A stretch of 64,000 nucleotides of DNA, taken from NCBI GenBank assembly GCA_945870865.1, contig CAMBTO010000003.1, positions 11,478 through 75,477 of the forward strand. Direction: 5' to 3'. The DNA is from Klebsiella pneumoniae. GTDB taxonomy: Bacteria; Pseudomonadota; Gammaproteobacteria; Eutrophobiales; Eutrophobiaceae. Under the pieces are notes generated by a model, which was given only the letters and a program-made list of their open reading frames with translations, did not search any database and was not told the DNA's origin. Positions 48,458-57,243 of the stretch are shown in pieces; position 1 is the first letter of the stretch, and each line of letters starts with the position of its first letter. Position numbers and translations under genes: made by a program.

Positions 48458-49354
48458 ATGAGCAATAAAACAATATCACTGGTATTGGGCAGCGGCGGTG
48501 CCAGGGGCATGGCCCATATCGGCGTGATCCGCTGTCTGCAGGAACAGGGTTACACCATCCGTTATATCTCCGGTAGCTCGATAGGCGCACTGGTCGGCGG
48601 TATCTATGCCGCAGGCAAACTGGATGAATATGCGAACTGGGTGCTTGAACTCGACCGCACCGATATCCTCCGCCTGCTCGACGGGTCTTTCAGTCATGGT
48701 GCGCTGTTCAAGGGCGACAAGATTATCGAGGTGCTCGAAAAACTGATTGGCGAATGCAATATTGAGGAGCTGCCCATCGGATTTACTGCGGTCGCCACCG
48801 ATCTGGACGGCGAGCGCGAGGTCTGGTTTAACAGCGGGTCGCTGTTTGATGCGATTCGCGCCTCGATTGCCGTACCGATGGTATTTGAGCCAGTCCGGCA
48901 TATGGGCAGGTTGCTGGTCGATGGTGGTCTCGTCAATCCTATCCCGATAGCACCGGTGCTGAATATCCAGTCGGATCGGATTTTTGCGGTGGACCTGAAT
49001 GCCGCCGCTGAGGGCCACATTACCGGATCGGGTCCTCTGGCAAGACAGACTGGCAGTGACAACGAATATCGTACAAAAATTATCAGCTTCATCGAAAAAT
49101 TTCTCCCCGGCACAGACATGCCTGAACCGGACAATCTGCCCGGCTTGTTTTATTTGATACTACGCTCGATGGACGTAATGCAAACGACAATCGCGCGTTA
49201 CAAGATGGCCGGATATACACCCGATCTGACGGTCAATATCCCGCGCGATGCCTGCGGTTTTTTCGAGTTTTACCGGGCCAGTGATTTGATTGATCTCGGA
49301 TATCAACGCGCTGAAGCGGCCTTGTCCCTGTACGAAGGTGCCGTTGCCAGCTGA
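48458..49354 (+). CDS. Patatin-like phospholipase (RssA-like)
   Basis: 298 aa. It has the oxyanion motif GSGGARG, the nucleophile elbow GSSIGA (GxSxG) and the catalytic DGG. Confidence 0.9.
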   Translation: MSNKTISLVLGSGGARGMAHIGVIRCLQEQGYTIRYISGSSIGALVGGIYAAGKLDEYANWVLELDRTDILRLLDGSFSHGALFKGDKIIEVLEKLIGECNIEELPIGFTAVATDLDGEREVWFNSGSLFDAIRASIAVPMVFEPVRHMGRLLVDGGLVNPIPIAPVLNIQSDRIFAVDLNAAAEGHITGSGPLARQTGSDNEYRTKIISFIEKFLPGTDMPEPDNLPGLFYLILRSMDVMQTTIARYKMAGYTPDLTVNIPRDACGFFEFYRASDLIDLGYQRAEAALSLYEGAVAS

Positions 49355-49812
49355 TTCCGACACAGGATTCGCAGAGGGGATGACATTTCTGTTCCTGTCG
49401 TCCGGTCAGCTGATGTCGATGGAAGTGCTGTGTTTGAAACTGGTTCCCGCAGTCCATGAAACAAGTCGCAAGTTACATGTATGTACATGATAATATGACA
49501 CTTTCAGATAACGGTGTGGTTGCCGGGTAGTGGCCTCGCTTGAAAACAGGTCTGCAGGAGGGCGAGCCCTTTGACTTCGCTTCGGGCAGGCTCTCGGGTC
49601 GATCCATTCATGGCGAGGGCGCCGCTTCAACAGAGGCTGGATGCAAGTTAAGCCAGGACAGGTACCTGAATCCATTTGATACCGGCAATGAAATACGATT
49701 AAACTTGCGCGATAGCTGTATGCCGGGCACAAGCCGGGTTGGACACGAGCAGATTCAGGAGAGTAGACCAGCGGTTTTTTTACTTCATCAGTAAACAGGA
49801 GAGGAGGATGGT

Positions 49813-50700
49813 ATGGCAATGTTGAAAGCGAGTGATTTTGATCAGGAAGTATTAGACCTGTTCAATCTTTATATACATAGCAAGATTGATCGTCGTGAGT
49901 TTCTGGCGAAGGTGTCGAAGTACGCTGTTGGTGGTATGACGGCTTTGTCGATTCTGGAGGCCTTGTCCCCGCGTTATGCCGAGGCACAGCAGGTACCCGA
50001 GAACGATCCGCGTCTGAAGACCGAAATGGTCGAGTTCCCGACTCCGAATGGTCACGGCACGATGAAAGGCCTGCTGGCGATGCCGGCCGGTGCGACTGGC
50101 AAACTGCCAACGGTCATCGTCATCCATGAAAACCGCGGTCTGAACCCGCACATCGCCGACGTGACCCGCCGGTTTGCGCTGGAAGGATTCCTTGCACTGG
50201 GTCCGGACATACTGACCTCGGTTGGTGGCTATCCAGGCACCGATGACGCCGGACGTGAATTGCAGGCGAAGCTGGACAAGACCAAGGTGACCGAAGATTT
50301 CGTTGATGCAACGACTTGGCTGCGCGACCACCCGATGAGCACTGGCAAGGTCGGTGCGGTCGGTTTCTGTTTTGGTGGCGGTATCGTGAACACGCTGGCG
50401 GTCAGGTTGCCCTGGCTCGCTGCAGGTGCACCGTTCTACGGTCGTCAACCTGCCGCAGAAGATGTGCCAAAGATCAATGCCCCGCTGATGCTGCATTATG
50501 GCGCACTCGACACCGGTATCAACGAAGGCTGGCCGGCATTCGAGGCCGCTTTAAAGGCAAACAACAAGAAATACACGGCGTTCATTTATGAGAACTGCAA
50601 TCACGGGTTCCATAATGACACAACGCCGCGTTATGACGAGGCCGCTGCGAAATTGGCGTTTCAGAGAACGATCGAGTTCTTCAAGCAGAACTTGTCATAA
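49813..50700 (+). CDS. Dienelactone hydrolase family protein, probably Tat-exported
   Basis: 295 aa. It has a twin-arginine-like DRREFLAKV signal. The alpha/beta hydrolase core has VGAVGFCFGG and a C-terminal HGF. Confidence 0.85.
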   Translation: MAMLKASDFDQEVLDLFNLYIHSKIDRREFLAKVSKYAVGGMTALSILEALSPRYAEAQQVPENDPRLKTEMVEFPTPNGHGTMKGLLAMPAGATGKLPTVIVIHENRGLNPHIADVTRRFALEGFLALGPDILTSVGGYPGTDDAGRELQAKLDKTKVTEDFVDATTWLRDHPMSTGKVGAVGFCFGGGIVNTLAVRLPWLAAGAPFYGRQPAAEDVPKINAPLMLHYGALDTGINEGWPAFEAALKANNKKYTAFIYENCNHGFHNDTTPRYDEAAAKLAFQRTIEFFKQNLS

Positions 50701-50802
50701 TACTGGTACCCAGCAGTAAGATAGCAAACCCGTGGGGGTGCAGTAATTCCGGGCTGTGGACATCATGTTCACAGCCCGGTTCTTTAACGGGGTATCCAAT
50801 CG

Positions 50803-51519
50803 ATGGAATTTCGCGACTACTACAAAATCATGGGGGTGGCGCGCGACGCCAGCCAGGTCGAGATCAAGCGCGTCTATCGCAAGCTTGCCCGCACATAACA
50901 TCCTGATGTCAGCAAGGAATCCGATGCCGAGTCTCGCTTCAAGGAAGTGGGCGAGGCCTATGCCGTGCTACAGGATCCCGAGAAACGTGCCGCCTATGAT
51001 CAGCTCGGTAACAATTTGCAAGCCGGACAACAGTTCCGGCCACCACCGGACTGGGACACCGGGTTTGAACATCGCGGCACCGGTCAGGAGCAGGTGGATC
51101 CCGCGAAGTTCAGTGAATTCTTTGAGTCATTATTCGGTCGCGCCAACCGAGGCGGGCCGCAGTCCCATACACTAGAGGGCTTTCAGTCATGTGGCGAGGA
51201 CCATCATGCGAAGGTTCTGATTACCGTTGCCGATGCCTATCTGGGTGCGCGGCGTACTATTACCCTGCGGTCGCCCGAGATAGACAATACCGGCCATGTG
51301 TTTATGAAGGAACGCAGTCTGAATGTGCAGATACCCAAAGGTGTAAGCGAGGGGCAGAAGATTCGTCTGGCCGGGCAGCCTGCCGGTGACATTATTGTGG
51401 TCGCACAGGTTGTAGTATCTCCCGTCGTAAACGATAAACAACGCGAGCTCTACCGGCAGATGGCCGGTCAGTTTGATTTCAATCCACGCAGTCACTTCGG
51501 GGTCATTGCAGATGAGTAA
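50803..51519 (+). pseudogene. cbpA: Curved-DNA-binding DnaJ homolog CbpA, inactivated (in-frame TAA plus internal deletion)
   Basis: The J-domain reads [36 protein letters not shown]. The TAA at 50896..50898 falls where the Tyr before HPD is expected. The same frame then continues ([19 protein letters not shown]). The total is about 239 codons, and the two C-terminal repeats appear collapsed ([22 protein letters not shown]). Confidence 0.8.
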
Positions 51520-51682
51520 CATCACACTGACGGGCATTATGCTGGACGAACTGGACGGGATGACGCTGGATGAGTTGGCGGGGATCTGTTTCTGTAACAC
51601 GGAATGGATCGTTGAGCTGGTGATGGATTTGATGGAGCAGGTGGATGAGTTGCAGGGGCAGCCGCGGGTGCTGGGGTTGTAG
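51512..51682 (+). pseudogene. cbpM: Chaperone-modulator CbpM remnant (about half length)
   Basis: Its ATG overlaps the end of cbpA. The 56 aa ([37 protein letters not shown]...MEQVDELQGQ) resemble the N- and C-terminal ends of CbpM, but the middle is missing. Confidence 0.5.
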
Positions 51683-51700
51683 TAGCTACGTTCGGGAGCT

Positions 51701-51827
51701 CTGGCCGTTTCAGTAACGACTTTATCTTGTTACAGAAACGCCGTGAATACGTTCATGTAGGCTCGGGTGCCGCGTCCTGCGGCACACGGTCTTACACAAG
51801 ACAAAGTCGTTACTGAAACTACATTTT
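51701..51827. repeat. REP-like structured repeat, copy B
   Basis: The core at 51738..51791 is nearly identical to 17877..17930 (GTAG plus a GTGCCGC-gtcct-GCGGCAC hairpin). Its arms at 51707..51730 and 51796..51819 pair at 23 of 24 positions. The arm sequences differ from those of copy A. Confidence 0.65.
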
Positions 51828-51844
51828 TGATTGTTTGTGTGCAG

Positions 51845-51973
51845 GCTGGCCGTTTCGGCAACACGGTATGTTCGTTACAGACGCGCCGTGAATACATCCA
51901 TGTAGGCTCGGGTGCCGCATCCCTGCGTCACACGGTCTTACATAAGATCAGATAGTTCCTGAAACTACATTTT
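51845..51973. repeat. REP-like structured repeat, copy C (tandem to B, degenerate)
   Basis: It has the same layout about 144 bp downstream of copy B. The core is diverged (GCCGCATCCCTGCGTCAC) and arm complementarity is mostly lost. Confidence 0.55.
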
Positions 51974-52082
51974 GGGTAGAGATTAAGTCAGGTGGTGCGA
52001 TTATAGAAATCAGGTGTTCTTGAATATCGCGGCGTTCAGCTAATAAACGGTGTCAGAGTTAAATCTATCATTTTTTTGAAAA

Positions 52083-53978
52083 CTAGATTTCCTGTTCCAG
52101 TACTTCCAGTTGCTCCTGTAGTTCCAGCCATTGTTCTTCGGTATCAACCAGATCTTTCCGGTAGCTGACCTGTTGTTGCAGCAGTTTTTGCAGGGTGGTG
52201 CGGTTGGTGTCCTGATAGATTTGTGGATCTCCGAGCTGGCCATCGATGCTGGCGAGTTCGATGCGAAGTTTCTCCATCTGTTGTTCGAGTTTTTGCAGGC
52301 GGTTTTTGATTGGGCTGAGTTGCTGGCGGCGGGCGGCGGCGAGGCGGCGTTGTTCCTTGGGGTTGGTAGTGGTTTTGCTGGCGTTGTCTTCGGTAGTCTT
52401 GTTCGTTGTTTCCTTGCGGGTCAGCAGTTTCTGGTAATCTTCCAGGTCGCCGTCGTAGGTACTGATACGGCCATCAGCGACCAGCCAGAATTCGTCGACG
52501 CAGTTGCGCAACAGGTGACGGTCGTGGGAGACGATGATCATAGCGCCGTTGAATTCCTGCAGCGCCATCGTCAATGCGTGGCGCATGTCGAGGTCGAGAT
52601 GGTTGGTCGGTTCGTCCATCAATAACAGGTTGGGTCTTTGCCAAGCGACGATGGCGAGCGCGAGCCGGGCCTTTTCGCCGCCGCTGAATGGTCTTACCGG
52701 GGCAAGTGCGTTGTCGCCATGAAAGTTGAATCCGCCAAGGTAGTTGCGAATTGCTTGTTCGGTTGCAGTCGGCGTCAACCTTTGCAGATGTAGTGCCGGG
52801 CTGGCGTCGAGATCCAGTGCCTCGAGCTGGTGCTGGGCGAAATAGCCGATACGCAGATGCTCACCCTGTACCCGTTCACCCGAGACCAGTGGCAGTTCAC
52901 CGAGCAGTGTCTTGATCAAGGTTGACTTGCCGGCCCCGTTTGCACCGAGCAGGCCGATGCGTGAGCCGGGGTGGAGATTCAGTCGCACATTATTCAGCAA
53001 GACCTTTTCGACATAACCAATAGCGGCATCGTTCAGTACCAGCAAGGGATCGGACAGTTTCGGTGATTCCGGGATACGGAAGTTGAACGGGGAGTCGATA
53101 TGCGCGGAGGAGATCATCTGCATACGGTCCAGTTCCTTTAACCTGCTCTGGGCCTGGCGGGCCTTGCTGGCCTTGGCGCGAAAGCGGGCGACAAACGATG
53201 CTATCTCGCGGATACGCTGTTGCTGTTGTTCAAACAAGGCTTGTTGCTGGGCCAGTCGTTCTGCCCGCTGGCGTTCAAACGCGGAATAGTTGCCCTTATA
53301 TAGGTTCAGTTTGAGATGCTCAACATGAACGATACAGTTGGTCACGCTGTCGAGGAAGTCGCGGTCATGCGAGATCAGCAGCAGGGTGCCCTGGAATCGT
53401 TGCAACCATTGCTCCAGCCAGATAGTGGCGTCGAGATCCAGATGGTTGGTCGGTTCGTCGAGTAATAACAGGTCGCCGGGACACATCAGTACCTGGGCCA
53501 GGTTCAGGCGGATGCGCCAGCCTCCGGAAAATTCCTGTATGCATCGGTTGCAGTCCTGCTGGGTAAAGCCGAGTCCGTGTAACAACTGCTCGGCGCGATA
53601 ATGTGCATTATAGCCGTCGATATGTTGCAGGGCGGCGTGAATGTGGGCTACGGCATCGTGCCTCTGCTCGCGTTCGGCGACGATCAGTTCCTGTTCCAGC
53701 CGGCGTAATTGTTTGTCGCCATCAATCACATGTTCAGTGGCCGTGATGTCGCGGAACTCGGTCTCCTGCGCCATGTGCGCGATACTTAAGCGTGGCGGCA
53801 AATGGATATTGCCGATATCCGGGCCGAGTTCACCGAGTAATAGTTTGAACAGACTGGTCTTACCGGTACCGTTCGCACCGGTAATGCCGATGTGCTGGCC
53901 GTCATGGATGGTCAGACTGGTGTTTTCAAGCAGGGGCCTGCCGCCGCGCTGCAGGCTGATGGATTCAATGACGATCAT
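52083..53978 (-). CDS. ABC-F family ATPase (YheS-like translation factor type)
   Basis: 631 aa. It has two ABC cassettes (GANGTGKTS and GANGAGKST Walker A; LSGG signatures) and no TM domain. The C-terminus is a coiled coil. Confidence 0.92.
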   Translation of the reverse strand: MIVIESISLQRGGRPLLENTSLTIHDGQHIGITGANGTGKTSLFKLLLGELGPDIGNIHLPPRLSIAHMAQETEFRDITATEHVIDGDKQLRRLEQELIVAEREQRHDAVAHIHAALQHIDGYNAHYRAEQLLHGLGFTQQDCNRCIQEFSGGWRIRLNLAQVLMCPGDLLLLDEPTNHLDLDATIWLEQWLQRFQGTLLLISHDRDFLDSVTNCIVHVEHLKLNLYKGNYSAFERQRAERLAQQQALFEQQQQRIREIASFVARFRAKASKARQAQSRLKELDRMQMISSAHIDSPFNFRIPESPKLSDPLLVLNDAAIGYVEKVLLNNVRLNLHPGSRIGLLGANGAGKSTLIKTLLGELPLVSGERVQGEHLRIGYFAQHQLEALDLDASPALHLQRLTPTATEQAIRNYLGGFNFHGDNALAPVRPFSGGEKARLALAIVAWQRPNLLLMDEPTNHLDLDMRHALTMALQEFNGAMIIVSHDRHLLRNCVDEFWLVADGRISTYDGDLEDYQKLLTRKETTNKTTEDNASKTTTNPKEQRRLAAARRQQLSPIKNRLQKLEQQMEKLRIELASIDGQLGDPQIYQDTNRTTLQKLLQQQVSYRKDLVDTEEQWLELQEQLEVLEQEI

Positions 53979-54185
53979 AGAAGCGAATTCTTAAAAAAAG
54001 AGTCTGGATTATCCGGATTTTACAAGCGTCAAAGTATAACGGTTACGAAGATTTACTGTTGTAAATAATCACATTGTGGAGCTGAAAAATATCCGCTAGA
54101 TTAACACACAACTGGCAGGTCCCTTGCCCCGGATCCCCGGAGCAGGTGGATGTGGACTATTCATCTTGCAGGAAGTAAATGATTT

Positions 54186-55007
54186 ATGCGGCTGGTCACC
54201 TTTGATCCCTTTCGTACACTCGGGTGCCCCGATCTTCGTTATATTAAACCTGCACAATTGATGAGCCACCTCAGCGAGCTGGATGCGGCCGATGTGGTGT
54301 TGTTTCCCGATTATGCCGATGTGAATCTGATCGCGTTTGTGATGCGTAAACCGATGTTTCCGAGCCTGTCGAGTTACCTGCTTGGATTCAACAAGGTCGA
54401 GATGACGCGTGCGTTTCAGTTGCGCTTCCCGGCGCATGTGCCGGTGACCTTGATCCTGCCGAATGAACCGCGTTATCAGAAACGTGTGCTGGAGAGTATG
54501 GATTATCCGTTTGTGGCCAAGCTGATCCGCAGCAGTATGGGAGAGGGGGTGTTCCTGATCGAGGCGGAGCATGACTGGCACTATTACTGCAGCAAGACTG
54601 ACATGTTATATGTGCAGGAAAAGCTCGATATCCACCGGGACCTGCGTGTGGTTTGGATTGGGGATCGTGTCGTGCATGCATACTGGCGCGTCGCGGCACC
54701 GGGTGCGTTCCATAACAATCTTGCCCTTGGCGGGACGATTGAGCTGGACAATATTCCGCAGGCGGCGTTGACGTTGGTGGAGAATATCGCGACGCAGTTC
54801 GGTATTGATTATGCGGGGTTTGATATCGCGATGGACGGGAATCATCCTTATATCTTTGAGTTCAATCGTCTGTTTGGTCTGGAAGGACTGAACCGGGCGA
54901 AGATCAATCCGGGCGAGATTATTCATGATTACCTGTTACGCAGTTCGGGGATTCAGCCGACGAGTGGACCGGAAGTGGTGAGGATAGTTAATATATCAAG
55001 GTTGTAG
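54186..55007 (+). CDS. ATP-grasp domain protein (RimK-like ligase)
   Basis: 273 aa. It has the ATP-grasp pattern (YPFVAKLIRSSMGEGVFLI, YVQEKL, DLRVVWIGDRVVHAYWR, AGFDIA, IFEFN). Confidence 0.72.
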   Translation: MRLVTFDPFRTLGCPDLRYIKPAQLMSHLSELDAADVVLFPDYADVNLIAFVMRKPMFPSLSSYLLGFNKVEMTRAFQLRFPAHVPVTLILPNEPRYQKRVLESMDYPFVAKLIRSSMGEGVFLIEAEHDWHYYCSKTDMLYVQEKLDIHRDLRVVWIGDRVVHAYWRVAAPGAFHNNLALGGTIELDNIPQAALTLVENIATQFGIDYAGFDIAMDGNHPYIFEFNRLFGLEGLNRAKINPGEIIHDYLLRSSGIQPTSGPEVVRIVNISRL

Positions 55008-55101
55008 CATATCATTACACTGATTGGACAGGCAGCCTGAGCCAGACCTGACGTATCAGGTGCCGGTGCGTATTACCTGTTTAGGTCCGGCAAATAAGCA
55101 G

Positions 55102-56943
55102 CTATTGATCCACCACGTCCTTGGCAAGGAAACCACCGGACTGTCTCGCCCATAACTGCGCATACAGCCCTTTAGCAAGGACCAGTTCTTCATGTGTGCC
55201 TTGTTCAATGATACGACCCTTGTCTATCACGACCAGTCTGTCCAGCGCGGCGATGGTCGACAGGCGATGGGCAATGGCAATGACTGTTTTGCCTTCCATC
55301 AGCGTGGTCAGGTTTTCGCGTATGGCCGCTTCAACCTCGGAATCGAGCGCAGAGGTTGCCTCGTCCATGATCAGTATCGGCGCATTTTTAAGCAGCACCC
55401 GGGCAATCGCAATACGCTGGCGCTGACCACCGGACAACTTGATGCCGCGTTCGCCAACATGGGCGTCATAACCGTGACGTCCGTGTGAGTCTGCGAGCTC
55501 CGGGATAAATCCATCGGCCCTGGCCTGAAGGGCGGCCTCGCGCATGTCGGCCTCGGAGGCATGTGGTTTGCCATAAATGATATTGTCTCGGATAGAGCGG
55601 TGCATTAATGAGGTGTCCTGGGTCACCATCCCGATATTCTCACGCAGACTTTCCTGGGTAACCCGGGAGATGTCCTGTCCATCAATACGGATGCTACCCC
55701 CCTCTACATCGTGGAAACGCAGTAACAGATTCACAAGCGTCGACTTGCCCGCGCCGGAGCGGCCAACCAGGCCCAACTTTTCGCCAGGACGGATCGTCAG
55801 CGTGAAATCATCCATCACGCCGCTGCCTTTACCATAATGGAAACTGACTTGCTCAAAGCGGATCTCACCGGCAGTGACCTGTAGTGGTTTGGCCTGCGGT
55901 TGATCGGTAACCACATTCGATTTTGCTATCGTGTTGATACCGTCCTGTACTGTACCAATATTCTCGAACAGCGCTGATGTCTCCCACATGACCCATTGCG
56001 ACATGCCGAACAGGCGGATGACCGGCCCGATGGCGGCCGCGATTGCACCTGCGGTCACGGCGGACAGTGTCCACAGGTGAATAGACAGAGCAGTGACAGA
56101 AAAAATCAGCAGTGTATTGATAATCCAGACCGATACGACCAGCCGAGTAACCAGACGCATCTGATCGTGTACGGTATCGAGAAACAGCGCCATGCTTGCC
56201 TGCGCATAATCGGCCTCACGCTGCGAGTGCGAGAACAGTTTTACGGTGGTGATATTGGTATAGGTATCCACTATCCTGCCGGTCATCTCCGACCGTGCAT
56301 CTGCCTGCCGGGTCGAGACCGCCTCCAGTTTCGGGATAAAGTGATACAGGATGGAGGCATAAAGTACTATCCAGACCAAAAGCGGAATGGTCAGCCGAAA
56401 GTCCGCCCCGGCGATCATGATAATCAGCCCGCTGAAATAGACGGTGACATATAACAACACATCCAGCAGTTTCAGCACGGTTTCGCGTACGGCCAGCGAA
56501 GTCTGCATCAATTTGGTTGCCACCCGGCCGGCAAACTCGTTCTGGTAAAAGGCCAGACTCTGACCGAGCAGATAGCGATGGGCGCGCCAGCGGATACTCA
56601 TCGGATAGTTGCCGAGCAGGGTCTGATGGATGATCAGCCCATGCAAAAAGACGGCCGAGGGCAGGCCAATTACCACCATTGCCCCCCACCAGAATAGCTG
56701 CTTACCTTTGCCCGCAAGCAAACTGGCTGGGGTTTCCTCGCCAAGCCAGTCAATAAGTGTACCCAGGAACGAGAACAGGGAGACTTCCATCACCGCAATC
56801 AGTGCGGTCAGGACGGCCATGATCAGCAGGTAGGGTTCCATCCCCCGGGTATAATAGCGGCAAAAGGCATAAAGGCCTGTTGGTGGCTGTCCCGTGTCAG
56901 CCGGTGGAAATGGATTAATCAGTTTTTCAAAAAATGTAAACAT
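55102..56943 (-). CDS. ABC exporter, fused permease/ATPase (MsbA-type half transporter)
   Basis: 613 aa. A 6-TM N-domain is followed by Walker A GRSGAGKST, the signature LSGGQRQR and Walker B ILIMDEATSALD. Confidence 0.92.
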   Translation of the reverse strand: MFTFFEKLINPFPPADTGQPPTGLYAFCRYYTRGMEPYLLIMAVLTALIAVMEVSLFSFLGTLIDWLGEETPASLLAGKGKQLFWWGAMVVIGLPSAVFLHGLIIHQTLLGNYPMSIRWRAHRYLLGQSLAFYQNEFAGRVATKLMQTSLAVRETVLKLLDVLLYVTVYFSGLIIMIAGADFRLTIPLLVWIVLYASILYHFIPKLEAVSTRQADARSEMTGRIVDTYTNITTVKLFSHSQREADYAQASMALFLDTVHDQMRLVTRLVVSVWIINTLLIFSVTALSIHLWTLSAVTAGAIAAAIGPVIRLFGMSQWVMWETSALFENIGTVQDGINTIAKSNVVTDQPQAKPLQVTAGEIRFEQVSFHYGKGSGVMDDFTLTIRPGEKLGLVGRSGAGKSTLVNLLLRFHDVEGGSIRIDGQDISRVTQESLRENIGMVTQDTSLMHRSIRDNIIYGKPHASEADMREAALQARADGFIPELADSHGRHGYDAHVGERGIKLSGGQRQRIAIARVLLKNAPILIMDEATSALDSEVEAAIRENLTTLMEGKTVIAIAHRLSTIAALDRLVVIDKGRIIEQGTHEELVLAKGLYAQLWARQSGGFLAKDVVDQ

Positions 56944-57164
56944 GGGGCGGTAATCTGTCCAGACTGGGAAAACAGTGGTGTCAAAGTTGTTCCGGTGTGC
57001 AGAACAATACTGTCATTTTATCCTAATCAGCCGCTAAAATCTGGCTAGTTTGCTCGCTTTGAGGTAACGATTTTGGCAACCTCGACTGCGGCTAAAATAA
57101 CAGTTTTGGTCGTTATAAAGACTGTATAGAAGGATAAAATCTCCCCGCCAGGCTCGCAAAAGTA

Positions 57165-57195
57165 TTACAGGTTTTTCGAAGTCAGGGTATATAAT
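57165..57195 (+). promoter_or_regulatory. Candidate sigma70 promoter for the glucan synthase gene
   Basis: TTACAG (57165..57170), then 17 nt, then TATATA/TATAAT (57188..57195), about 50 nt upstream of the ATG at 57244. Pattern match only. Confidence 0.3.
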
Positions 57196-57243
57196 GCACC
57201 TCCAACAAGTATTAATTCATCTGCAGGAAATTCCCTTGATATT

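Noticed and set aside
51701-51973. Possible CRISPR array, suggested by the tandem repeated units at 51.7 kb and 17.8 kb.
   Set aside because: Only two units are present per locus. The units are about 130-145 bp with internal long stems, there is no short-repeat/unique-spacer alternation, and no cas genes lie nearby.
54186-56943. ATP-grasp ligase plus ABC exporter as a RiPP or microcin-type cluster.
   Set aside because: The two genes are convergent and not co-oriented. I found no precursor-peptide ORF in the flanking spacers and no protease or immunity gene.
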